Positions 1 through 8,095 of a stretch of 64,000 nucleotides of DNA are shown piece after piece. The translations under genes and the position numbers were made by a program. The stretch is from an uncultured Enterobacterales bacterium (GTDB taxonomy: Bacteria > Myxococcota_A > UBA796 > CAJQPC01): contig CAZRYF010000001.1 in the NCBI GenBank assembly GCA_964604165.1, positions 55,481 through 119,480 of the forward strand, in the 5' to 3' direction. Numbering within the stretch: position 1 is the stretch's first letter; each line of letters opens with the position of its first letter. The notes beneath the pieces are model-generated. The model saw nothing but the letters and a program-made list of their open reading frames with translations. It had not been told where the DNA came from and did no database searches.

Positions 1-11
1 CCCTGCGACGA

Positions 12-1709
12 TTGTTGGCCTGGGTCCGACCCCATTGGGCAGCCTTGGGCTTCGCGGGGGCTCTCCTTGCCATCGGAGCTCTCTGCGAGGGCGGTCTGAT
101 CTTTCTGTTGGAGACCGTTCTTGATGACGGACTGATTCAGGGAGATGCCACGGTGCTGGCATGGATTCCGGTGGCCGTGGCATGCCTGTACGGGATCAAG
201 GGGGCGGCCCGGGTGGGAAGCGGCGCCTTGGTGCACCGAACCGGCCTTCGCATCGTTCGAGATCTGCGATCAGCGCTGTTTGGGCACCTGATGGTCCTGG
301 AGCCTGCTTTTCATGCGGAGGGGTCCTCTGAGGAGCGCCTGTCCCGGCTCACCCAGGATGTGGCCCGCACCGAGGGGATAGTCCATGGCCTCGCCCATGG
401 GGTGGAGAAGCCCTTGACCCTTTTGGCGCTCTTGGGTGCGGCCTTCTGCATGGACTGGCGGCTGACTCTCGCGGCGGTTGTGGTGCTTCCCGGTGTGGGG
501 TTGGCGATTCACCTCTTTTCTACTCGACTTCGGCGGACCTTTCGCCAGAGTCTGGACAACCTGGGTCGCCTGGGCGTGAGCGCGGGACAAAGCCTCGACG
601 GTGTGGAGGTGATTCAATCCCTGGGGGGACAGAAGGTGCGGGAGGCTCACTTTGAGCAGGAGAACGAGGAACAAGAGCGGCTTCTCTTTCGCGCCCGGTT
701 GGCCCGGATCATTCCGGGGCCCTTGATCGAGGCTCTTGCTGCTGTCGGGGTGGGGCTGGTCATCTACAGCGGCGGGGCGCGGGTTCTGGCCGGAACGCTC
801 CAGCCCGGGGAGCTCATGGCCTTTCTGGTGGCGATTGGCATGATGCACATGCCTTTGAAGGGCCTCTCCGCCATGGCCGCGGATCTTCAGGAGGCGCTTG
901 CGGGTGCGGAGCGGGTGTTTGAAATCCTGGACCGTTTGCCTGCCATAGAAGGGGGCGCTGCCGTTCTGCCAGCGGGGCCCAGTACGCTTGTCTTCACCGA
1001 TGTGTGGGTGACCCGTGGGAAACAGGGGGTCTTGAGAGGGGTGGATTTGGAGGTGCAGCCAGGGGAGGTGGTGGCGCTCGTAGGCGCGAGCGGGTGCGGG
1101 AAGACCACCTTGGCGTCCCTGGTACCCCGCCTACTGGATCCGGATCGAGGTACCATTCTCCTTCACGGTCGCAGTCTTGGGGAGTACACCCTTCAGAGCT
1201 TGCGATCCCAGGTGGCATTCGTACCCCAGCATCCGGTACTCTTTGCCGCAAGCGTGGCGGACAACGTGGCGTTGGGACGCCCAGGGGCCACACGCCCGCA
1301 GGTCGAGAAGGCGTGTCAACAAGCGGGGGCAGCAGACCTCATCTCGCGGCTTCCACAGGGGTTGGACACTTTCTTGGAGGGTGCAGGAGCCCGCCTGTCC
1401 GGGGGCGAACGCCAGAGGCTTTGCATTGCGCGGGCCCTCCTCCTGAACGCGCCGGTGCTCTTACTGGACGAAGCCACGTCTTGCATGGAGCCGGGATCAG
1501 ATGCGGTCTTTCAGGAGACTCTGGCGCAGCTTTCGAAGGAGAGGACCATTCTTGCGATCGCCCATCGTCTCTCCACGGTTCGTGCAGCGGACCGAATCGT
1601 GGTCTTGGAGGAGGGTCGCATCGTGGACATGGGGCGCCACGAGGAACTCCTTGGCAGCAGCGTCTCCTATCGGCGATTCCTGGGTGCAACCGTTGAGGCC
1701 CAATCCTGA
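12..1709 (+). CDS. msbA: ABC exporter, fused permease/ATPase, MsbA-like lipid A flippase (true N-terminus may lie upstream of the window)
   Basis: 565-aa ORF. TM-rich N-terminal half. Walker A GASGCGKTT, ABC signature LSGGERQR, Walker B LLLDEATS. TGATG stop/start overlap with the downstream lipid A gene. Confidence 0.85.
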   Translation: MLAWVRPHWAALGFAGALLAIGALCEGGLIFLLETVLDDGLIQGDATVLAWIPVAVACLYGIKGAARVGSGALVHRTGLRIVRDLRSALFGHLMVLEPAFHAEGSSEERLSRLTQDVARTEGIVHGLAHGVEKPLTLLALLGAAFCMDWRLTLAAVVVLPGVGLAIHLFSTRLRRTFRQSLDNLGRLGVSAGQSLDGVEVIQSLGGQKVREAHFEQENEEQERLLFRARLARIIPGPLIEALAAVGVGLVIYSGGARVLAGTLQPGELMAFLVAIGMMHMPLKGLSAMAADLQEALAGAERVFEILDRLPAIEGGAAVLPAGPSTLVFTDVWVTRGKQGVLRGVDLEVQPGEVVALVGASGCGKTTLASLVPRLLDPDRGTILLHGRSLGEYTLQSLRSQVAFVPQHPVLFAASVADNVALGRPGATRPQVEKACQQAGAADLISRLPQGLDTFLEGAGARLSGGERQRLCIARALLLNAPVLLLDEATSCMEPGSDAVFQETLAQLSKERTILAIAHRLSTVRAADRIVVLEEGRIVDMGRHEELLGSSVSYRRFLGATVEAQS

Positions 1710-3841
1710 TGGGTCGGCTTGTCTACGGGTTGCTCTGGCTCGCCGCCATGCCGTGGGTGTGGGGGGTGTCCCGGCTACACCCGAGACTTCGGTTTGGGTG
1801 GGGTCAAAGGTGGGGCTGGGGCGTGCCGGCACTGGAGCCTGGGTGCATTTGGATTCACGCGGCTTCTGTGGGGGAAGGCCGAGCGGCGGAGGCCATTCTC
1901 CTTTCCCTTCGGGAGGCCGGCTGCGACAGGGTGACCCTTCGCACGGCTGCTACGCGGGAAGGATGGGAAACCGCACGGGGCCAGGACCTGTTGGCCATCG
2001 GTCCTCTGGACCATCCATGGGTGGTGGCCCGGTGGCTGAACCGGGTGCGCCCGGGGCTGTTGATCTTGGTGGAGGGAGAGCTCTGGCCCCACCTGCTCTT
2101 GGCCGCAAAGGCCCGCGGCATTCCGGTCTTGGTGGCGGGAGCCCGGTTGGGTCCAGGGATCCGCCGCCTTCAGCGTTTCGCTCCCTCGCTTTTGCGGACC
2201 TGCATGGATTGTGTGTCTCGTTGGCTTCCCGCCGATCGCCAGGCGGCAGACCAACTGGAAGCCTGGGGGGCGGCCTCGGTGCGTTGCGTGGGCCACCCCA
2301 AGAGCGATGCTCCACCCGGACCGGGTTTGGAGTTTGGCCGCCCAACGCTGGTGGCGGGCTCCACCCGGGCAGGGGAGGAAGCCATGCTCTTGGAGGCGAT
2401 TCAGTGCCTGGAGGAGCCACCTCTTCTTGTGTTGGCGCCGAGACATCCAGCCCGATTCGAGGAAGTGGGAGCCCTTCTTGGCGCTGTCGGTCTCCCCTGG
2501 TGCCGAAAGAGCGAGCTGGAAGAGGTGGTTCCAACGGACGTGGACGTGCTCTTGGTGGATTCCATGGGAGAGCTTTCGGGGCTCTACCGCGGCGCTGCTG
2601 CTGCCTTTGTGGGGGGCACTTTTCACCCGGAGATTGGGGGCCACTCACCTGCGGAGGCTGCAGCGGGCGGTGTTCCCCTGGTCTCGGGTCCGTTCAATGA
2701 GGCCCATCGCCCGTTGTGGGCCGTTCTGGATGCCCATGTGGCGCTGGAACCCGGGGACTTGCCGGCCTGTATTCAGGCAGCCCTTTCGGCGCCGGCGCCG
2801 GCGCCCTTGCCGGGGGGCGCAGCCGGAGAGGTGGCGCAGGAAGCGTTGGCGTGGGTGCCTTTGGAGGCGATCCGAGCCCGAACGCCTCGACCCTGGTTGG
2901 CGCCCATTGGTTGGGTGTGGATGGCCCTCATGAGCTATCGAAACCTGTTTTACTCCTTCCGAACAGGCGTTCGTACCCGTGGGCCGGTGGTGTCCGTGGG
3001 AAGTTTGGGCAGCGGGGGAGCGGGGAAGACGCCGGTGTCCGCCTGGCTGGCGGAGCACCTCGGGGAGCGGGGAATAGCAGCCACTGTAGTGGCCCGGGGC
3101 TACGGGAGGGGCCGAGTTGGCAAGTACGTGCGCACCCCGGTGGCCCGCAGGGATGCGGTCTGGTTGGGGGACGAGCTGGCGATGCTGGCCAGGAGGGGGC
3201 TCTCTGTGATCTCCAGCCCCGACCGAGTGGCGGGGGCGGAGGTGGCCTTTGCCCAAGGAGCGCAGGTGGTGGTGCTTGATGATGGATTTCAACACCGCCG
3301 AATCGCCCGGGATCTCGACATCGTGGTGGTGGATGGTCGCTGGCCGGAAGAAGGTGGACCTCTGCCAGCCGGAGAACGCAGGGAGCCACTGGATGCCGTA
3401 CGTCGTGCGGATGTGCTGTGGGTCAGCGGTGGAGCGACTCCCAAGGGGTTGGCGCAGTCTCTGAAACCCGGGGCGCTTGTGGTTCGCTCCCATGTGCAGC
3501 CAGTTTGTTGGATTCGGGGGGAGGAGGAGTTGCCCCTGGGGGAGCTGGCAAGCCGTTCGGTGTGTGCTTTCGCCGGAATCGCCCGTCCGGGCCGCTTTCT
3601 CTCCCAGCTGGTGGGTCTGGGGATACGGATCGGAGGGTGGCGCACCTTTCCCGATCACCACCGCTTCAGCGCCCGGGAGGTTCGGGACCTGCTCACCTGG
3701 TCAAGGGGGCGGCCCCTGGTCACCACGGAGAAGGACCAGGTCCGTTTGCCCTCGGACCTGGAGGTTTGGTGCCTCCGGGTGCGATGTGTTCCCGTGGAAG
3801 GCCGGGAGCCCCTGGAGCTGTTGTTGCGGGAGATCGCATGA
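1709..3841 (+). CDS. waaA-lpxK: Fused Kdo transferase (WaaA/KdtA) and tetraacyldisaccharide 4'-kinase (LpxK)
   Basis: 710-aa uninterrupted ORF. N-terminal half has the WaaA hallmark WIHAASVGEGRAA and a GT30-like C-terminal lobe. From about aa 395 there is an LpxK-like TM segment and P-loop GSLGSGGAGKTP (3008-3031). Confidence 0.85.
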   Translation: MGRLVYGLLWLAAMPWVWGVSRLHPRLRFGWGQRWGWGVPALEPGCIWIHAASVGEGRAAEAILLSLREAGCDRVTLRTAATREGWETARGQDLLAIGPLDHPWVVARWLNRVRPGLLILVEGELWPHLLLAAKARGIPVLVAGARLGPGIRRLQRFAPSLLRTCMDCVSRWLPADRQAADQLEAWGAASVRCVGHPKSDAPPGPGLEFGRPTLVAGSTRAGEEAMLLEAIQCLEEPPLLVLAPRHPARFEEVGALLGAVGLPWCRKSELEEVVPTDVDVLLVDSMGELSGLYRGAAAAFVGGTFHPEIGGHSPAEAAAGGVPLVSGPFNEAHRPLWAVLDAHVALEPGDLPACIQAALSAPAPAPLPGGAAGEVAQEALAWVPLEAIRARTPRPWLAPIGWVWMALMSYRNLFYSFRTGVRTRGPVVSVGSLGSGGAGKTPVSAWLAEHLGERGIAATVVARGYGRGRVGKYVRTPVARRDAVWLGDELAMLARRGLSVISSPDRVAGAEVAFAQGAQVVVLDDGFQHRRIARDLDIVVVDGRWPEEGGPLPAGERREPLDAVRRADVLWVSGGATPKGLAQSLKPGALVVRSHVQPVCWIRGEEELPLGELASRSVCAFAGIARPGRFLSQLVGLGIRIGGWRTFPDHHRFSAREVRDLLTWSRGRPLVTTEKDQVRLPSDLEVWCLRVRCVPVEGREPLELLLREIA

Positions 3842-4656
3842 GCCGGGTGCTCTTGGGACTCCTTGTACGCCTGCCTTGTCGTGTAGCGTGGGCGGCTGCC
3901 TGGGCACTGTCCTGGACCTGGTGGAGCCTGGTGCGGACTCGTCGGTCGCTCGCGGTGGAGAATCTGAGACAGGCCCTCCCGGAGGCGCCCCCCGGGCCCG
4001 TGCTACGTACCATGATGCAGGAGCTCATTCTCGCCATGTGGGAGGGACTCAGGCACCGACACCGGATCCTTCCCGGTCTCACCTTTGAAGGCTTGGAACG
4101 TCTTGAGGAACGTGCCGGTAAGGGGGAGGGGAGCCTGGTCTTGACGGGCCATGCGGGGGCCTGGGAGTTGTTTGCGTTTGCCGCCGCCCGGGAGCACGGC
4201 CTCCCCGTTACCCTGATCGCCCGTCCTCCCACTTGGGGGCCCGCCCGTCGCCTTTTGCGGGAGGCAAGGACGGGGGCCGGTATGGAGATTCTGCCCCCGG
4301 AGCGATCTATCTGGCGGGTCCTGGCGGCCTTGAGAGAGGGGCGGGTGGTGGTCTTTCTCTTGGATCAACGCCACAACCAGGGACAGCCCGTACCCTTTTT
4401 TGGCCGAGAGGCCTGGACCTCCCGCGCACTCGCGCTGGTCGCAGCCCGAAGCGGCTGCCCGGTGTTTGGGGCTTGGGCCTGGCGAGAGGGTCTGGGTCGC
4501 CACAGGTTTGTGGTCGAGGCTCCGTTGGAAACGACGGGGGACCTGGTCCGAGATACCTCCCTCTTCATGTCCTTTTACGAGGCGCACATTGCAGCGCGTC
4601 CGGCCTCTTGGCTTTGGCTCCATGATCGGTGGCGGCGCCCGAAGGTGGCGGCGTGA
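3838..4656 (+). CDS. Lipid A biosynthesis acyltransferase, LpxL/LpxM/HtrB family
   Basis: ATG at 3838 forms an ATGA overlap with the waaA-lpxK stop. N-terminal TM helix. Acyltransferase motif LTGHAGAWELF. The longer ORF-track start at 3418 lies inside the upstream gene and was rejected. Confidence 0.8.
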   Translation: MSRVLLGLLVRLPCRVAWAAAWALSWTWWSLVRTRRSLAVENLRQALPEAPPGPVLRTMMQELILAMWEGLRHRHRILPGLTFEGLERLEERAGKGEGSLVLTGHAGAWELFAFAAAREHGLPVTLIARPPTWGPARRLLREARTGAGMEILPPERSIWRVLAALREGRVVVFLLDQRHNQGQPVPFFGREAWTSRALALVAARSGCPVFGAWAWREGLGRHRFVVEAPLETTGDLVRDTSLFMSFYEAHIAARPASWLWLHDRWRRPKVAA

Positions 4657-4859
4657 GTATTCCCCACGAGGTGCGTGCTCTCCTTGTCTGTCCGGTGTGC
4701 GAGGGGGAATTCGAAGACACGGAGCAGGGGTTGCACTGCCTCCATTGCCAGAAGGTGTACCCGGTCCTGGATGGCGTTCCGGTGCTGTTGCCTGCCCGGG
4801 CCCGCAAGGCTCCCTCGATGGTCGAGGGCGGGGGCGACGGAAGCCCGCCCCGGAGATAG
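4629..4859 (+). CDS. Trm112/YcaR (UPF0434) family small zinc-ribbon-like protein
   Basis: Motif LLVCPVCEGEF...GLHCLHCQKVYPVLDGVPVLL. Lies next to lpxK-related genes, as ycaR does in E. coli. A GTG at 4653 (GTGA overlap with the upstream stop) is an alternative start. Confidence 0.7.
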   Translation: MAAPEGGGVSIPHEVRALLVCPVCEGEFEDTEQGLHCLHCQKVYPVLDGVPVLLPARARKAPSMVEGGGDGSPPRR

Positions 4860-4868
4860 GGGCCTGTC

Positions 4869-5657
4869 GTGCCCGCCCCGGATCCAAAGCGCCCCTCCAG
4901 GAAGCGGAGGCGGCAGTCGTCTCGGCCTCCTGAGTTGTTGTTCCACGGGACCTGCCTGTCTCAAGTACGGCGGGCCAGGGAGCTCGGCGAGCTTGTTCGT
5001 GACAACGGCCAGGACCTGTACCTCTCCACCTCGGAGTCCCAGGCTTGGAAGGTCGCCCACCGCTCGGCCCAGGAACCGGTGGTGTTGGTGGTGGAAGCTC
5101 GAAGAGCCGTGCGGGATGGGGTCTCTTTTCGGCGGGGGAGGGGAGGTCTGTTCTTGACGGGGGCTGTGCCGTCTCGACATGTGCTGAACCTGGGGGATGG
5201 TTTTGGGGAGCAGTTCTCAGCCGGTGGTTTTCTGGTCCGGGAGCGGGACGGTCAGGCGCAAGTGGCGCTGGTGAGCTGTCGTAGGGGGCGGCGGGACTCC
5301 TGGGAGATCGCCAAAGGAAAGCTCGAGGACGGGGAGACGCCACAGGAGAGCGCCAAGCGGGAGCTTCAGGAAGAAATGGGGTTTACCTCCGGTCTCGAGA
5401 TCCTTCATGACCTCGGTGTTGTGCACTATGCATTTCACGTTCCAGGGACGGGACCCCGCCTCAAACGACTTCATGTCTACGTGCTCCAGGCAGATCCTGA
5501 GCCAGAGACATTTGAACCCAGGGAGGAAGAGGGGATACTGGAGGTTCGCTGGTTCCCTGTGGAGGAGGCCCGGCGCCTTGTGCCCCACCCCTCTCTTCGG
5601 CCGGTCCTGAACCGATTGGCCAAATTGTACAGAAAGGATGCAACAAATGGCAGCTGA
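4869..5657 (+). CDS. Fusion protein: KptA/Tpt1-like C-terminal (NAD-binding, ART-fold) lobe plus Nudix hydrolase
   Basis: aa 20-105 (PPELLFHGT...LYLSTSESQAWKVAHR...PVVLVVEA...GLFLTGAVPSRHVL) line up with the E. coli KptA C-lobe as I remember it. Canonical Nudix box GKLEDGETPQESAKRELQEEMG at 5316-5381. GTG start. Confidence 0.65.
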   Translation: MPAPDPKRPSRKRRRQSSRPPELLFHGTCLSQVRRARELGELVRDNGQDLYLSTSESQAWKVAHRSAQEPVVLVVEARRAVRDGVSFRRGRGGLFLTGAVPSRHVLNLGDGFGEQFSAGGFLVRERDGQAQVALVSCRRGRRDSWEIAKGKLEDGETPQESAKRELQEEMGFTSGLEILHDLGVVHYAFHVPGTGPRLKRLHVYVLQADPEPETFEPREEEGILEVRWFPVEEARRLVPHPSLRPVLNRLAKLYRKDATNGS

Positions 5658-5949
5658 CTACCTGTCTTGGTTTGAAGACCTCTTTGAAGAAGCGCAAGTG
5701 CCCCTGAACCCAGAGAACGAGGACTGGCTGGACCGGGCAGTGCACCGCATCGCGGGTCTTTCCCACCCCCAGGAGGACCCAAATCGCGTGCTGGAGATCA
5801 TTCGGGAGCGGTTTCTGCGCCTTGGTCCGCCGGGAAGACAGCTATTTGCAGCGCATTTGCGCGATGAGGCCTTTGCCCGTCGAGACAGCCCCATGAGGCC
5901 TGCCCAGGGGGCTGCCTACTTCGACAATGAATCGGGGGGGTATTCCTGA
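5638..5949 (+). CDS. Hypothetical small acidic protein
   Basis: 103-aa ORF with coding-like codon usage and no recognised motif. An ATG at 5647 has better SD spacing (AAAGGA N8) and may be the real start. Confidence 0.45.
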   Translation: MQQMAADYLSWFEDLFEEAQVPLNPENEDWLDRAVHRIAGLSHPQEDPNRVLEIIRERFLRLGPPGRQLFAAHLRDEAFARRDSPMRPAQGAAYFDNESGGYS

Positions 5950-6030
5950 CCCGGTTCAGCCAGGATGGCTCAACCTCCAATGTGTCCGTGTTACGGTGGG
6001 AGTGATGCGAAACTGAAACACGGGTGAAAC

Positions 6031-7440
6031 ATGGACGCCCACAGGCAATTCCAGAGGTGGATACGCCAGATTGGGCCCGTGGAGGCCTTCACAGGCCTGG
6101 TGGCCCTCCTGGAGTCACTGGATGAAGACGGTGCAGCGGTCTTCGCGGTCGATGCGGGTCGGAACATCCAGTTCTGGAGTGAGGGGGCACAGCGCCTTCT
6201 TGGATTTCCGGCGGAGGACGTGGTGGGGCAACACTGTCTCAAGTCCAACCGGTGTGAGAACTGCATGGCCGGGTGCGGGATCACGACCCACGGTCAGATC
6301 AGTGACGTGCCCCTGAAGTACTTTGATTCCCACGGCAATGAGGTGTTGATCGAGAAGTCTGGACGGGCTTTCTTTGATGCGGCCGGAGATTTCGCAGGGG
6401 GAATTGAGATTCTGCGACCCAGGAGGGAGGGGAGGAAGGCGAAGGGGGAGCGTCTCCCGCGTCCATCCCAGAGGGATGATCTCCTCGCTGGGTTTGAGGT
6501 GGAGCAGTTTCACGGACTGGTGACGGGAAACCCGGAAATGAGGAGGGTGTTCGCGCTCATCCGAAATGTGGCTGAGACCCAAGCGACCGTCCTGGTGCGG
6601 GGGGAGAGCGGAACCGGAAAGGAGCTGGTAGCGCGAGCTCTGCACGAGGAGAGCCAGCGACGGAACAAGCCATTTCTGGCGGTGAATTGCGCGGCCTTGA
6701 GCGAGAACCTGTTGGAGAGCGAGCTCTTTGGACACGTGAAGGGGGCCTTCACCGGCGCGGTTGCGAACCGAAAGGGGCTCTTTGAGCAAGCGGACGGGGG
6801 GACCCTCTTTTTAGACGAGGTGGCAGAGCTGCACTTGGACCTGCAGGCCAAGTTGCTTCGGGTTTTGCAGGAGCAGGTCTTCTCTCCCGTGGGCTCTACC
6901 CGAACGGTGAAGGTGGATGTGCGCATCATCTCGGCGACGCATCAACCCCTTCGACTTCGCGCGGCAGAGGGGACGTTTCGCGAAGACCTCATGTACCGCC
7001 TGAGGGTCGTGCCCCTCTACATTCCGGCCCTTCGAGAGCGGCGCCTGGACGTGGAGATCCTGCTTCGCCATTTTGTGCAGCGAAACAACGAACGGGGTCC
7101 GCGCATGGTGAGAGACATCCACCCGGATGCGCTCCGCGTTCTCCTGGATCACCGCTGGCCCGGAAATGTTCGGGAGGTGATCAACGTCGTCCAATATGCC
7201 TTTGCGGTGGGCCGTGCTCCGACGCTTGGGCTCTCCGACTTACCCCCTGAATTCCGGGAGGCGGATTCATCCTTGCGGGTTCCAATGCCCGGAGTCATGC
7301 AACACAGTCCGGAACAAAGCGAGAAGAGGGAAATGGAGTTGGCTCTTTCCCAAACAGGCGGTCACATCGGCCAAGCGGCGGAACGGCTGGGCATGAGTCG
7401 TCCCACCTTCTGGCGAAAGCGGAAGAAGTACGGCTTTTAA
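6031..7440 (+). CDS. Sigma-54-dependent transcriptional activator (bEBP): PAS-like sensor with a Cys4 cluster, AAA+ domain and Fis-type HTH
   Basis: Walker [22 protein letters not shown] loop (KGAFTGA), C-terminal HTH ([25 protein letters not shown]). N-terminal PAS-like domain carries C-x5-C-x2-C-x3-C at 6235-6276. Confidence 0.9.
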   Translation: MDAHRQFQRWIRQIGPVEAFTGLVALLESLDEDGAAVFAVDAGRNIQFWSEGAQRLLGFPAEDVVGQHCLKSNRCENCMAGCGITTHGQISDVPLKYFDSHGNEVLIEKSGRAFFDAAGDFAGGIEILRPRREGRKAKGERLPRPSQRDDLLAGFEVEQFHGLVTGNPEMRRVFALIRNVAETQATVLVRGESGTGKELVARALHEESQRRNKPFLAVNCAALSENLLESELFGHVKGAFTGAVANRKGLFEQADGGTLFLDEVAELHLDLQAKLLRVLQEQVFSPVGSTRTVKVDVRIISATHQPLRLRAAEGTFREDLMYRLRVVPLYIPALRERRLDVEILLRHFVQRNNERGPRMVRDIHPDALRVLLDHRWPGNVREVINVVQYAFAVGRAPTLGLSDLPPEFREADSSLRVPMPGVMQHSPEQSEKREMELALSQTGGHIGQAAERLGMSRPTFWRKRKKYGF

Positions 7441-7486
7441 CCCGCAAGCCGCCGCCCAAGTGGATGGACAGGCGGCTGCGGGTTGT
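7441..7486. terminator. Probable bidirectional intrinsic terminator hairpin between convergent genes
   Basis: CCCGCAAGCCGCC (7441-7453) pairs with GGCGGCTGCGGG (7471-7482), with one bulged A and a 17-nt loop. Followed by TTGTG. Lies between the 3' ends of 6031-7440 (+) and 7504-8067 (-). Confidence 0.6.
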
Positions 7487-7503
7487 GAGGAGACGGGGTG
7501 AGT

Positions 7504-8067
7504 TCAACGAAGAATGCTGGCCATATCCTTCTTGTCGATCTTTGAGATTTCCGACTGCACTGTCTTGGCATCCGCCCCGGAACAGGTCCAGTCGACCTGC
7601 TCGTCCAGTGCAACCTTGCCGGCCGCGGCAAAGAAGATCTCGAAGTTGGAGAGGTTGGCAGCGGCGGTGTGGTACGGGCCCGTGAAGCCGGACATGATGG
7701 TCGGCATGTCGAAGTAGCCAAATCCATCCGTGAAGTCAGCCCACTGGGCCGTGGTGGGTTCGAACTTCCACTGAAAGGCCTCGCCCTTGTAGGCTCCGCC
7801 TGAGACACAGCGAGCCTGGCCGTTTGCATCCGCGGCGATGGTCAGCTGGACCTTTCCCCAGCCCTGGCAGTCCCGTCGGGACACCACCCTGGTTTGGCTG
7901 CCACGGCTGTCGGCGCTGTCGATCCACTCGGAGCCGCTTCGGCCGAGCTTCTTGGGAAGGGAGGTCTGGTTCCAGGCCTCGCAGAGATCGGCCGCGAAGG
8001 CGGCGTCCAGGAGTTGGCCGTCCGCGTGTGCGAGGCCGGCGGTGAAGAGGAGGGGAATCAGGGTCAT
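7504..8067 (-). CDS. Secreted hypothetical protein (signal peptide; possibly SCP2-like)
   Basis: Start chosen at MTLIPLLFTAGLAHADG (GGAGAA SD upstream). The 5' extension of the ORF-track entry (to 8376) is P/T/S-rich and overlaps the upstream gene. No diagnostic motif. Confidence 0.55.
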   Translation of the reverse strand: MTLIPLLFTAGLAHADGQLLDAAFAADLCEAWNQTSLPKKLGRSGSEWIDSADSRGSQTRVVSRRDCQGWGKVQLTIAADANGQARCVSGGAYKGEAFQWKFEPTTAQWADFTDGFGYFDMPTIMSGFTGPYHTAAANLSNFEIFFAAAGKVALDEQVDWTCSGADAKTVQSEISKIDKKDMASILR

Positions 8068-8095
8068 GTTGTTCTCCAGTGGAAGGGTTGGGTGA

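Noticed and set aside
4003-5343. 446-aa minus-strand ORF, rich in Pro, Arg and Gly.
   Set aside because: It is antisense to three well-supported plus-strand genes (the lpxL-family gene, Trm112-like and KptA/Nudix). Its composition is typical of a high-GC shadow frame and it has no motifs.
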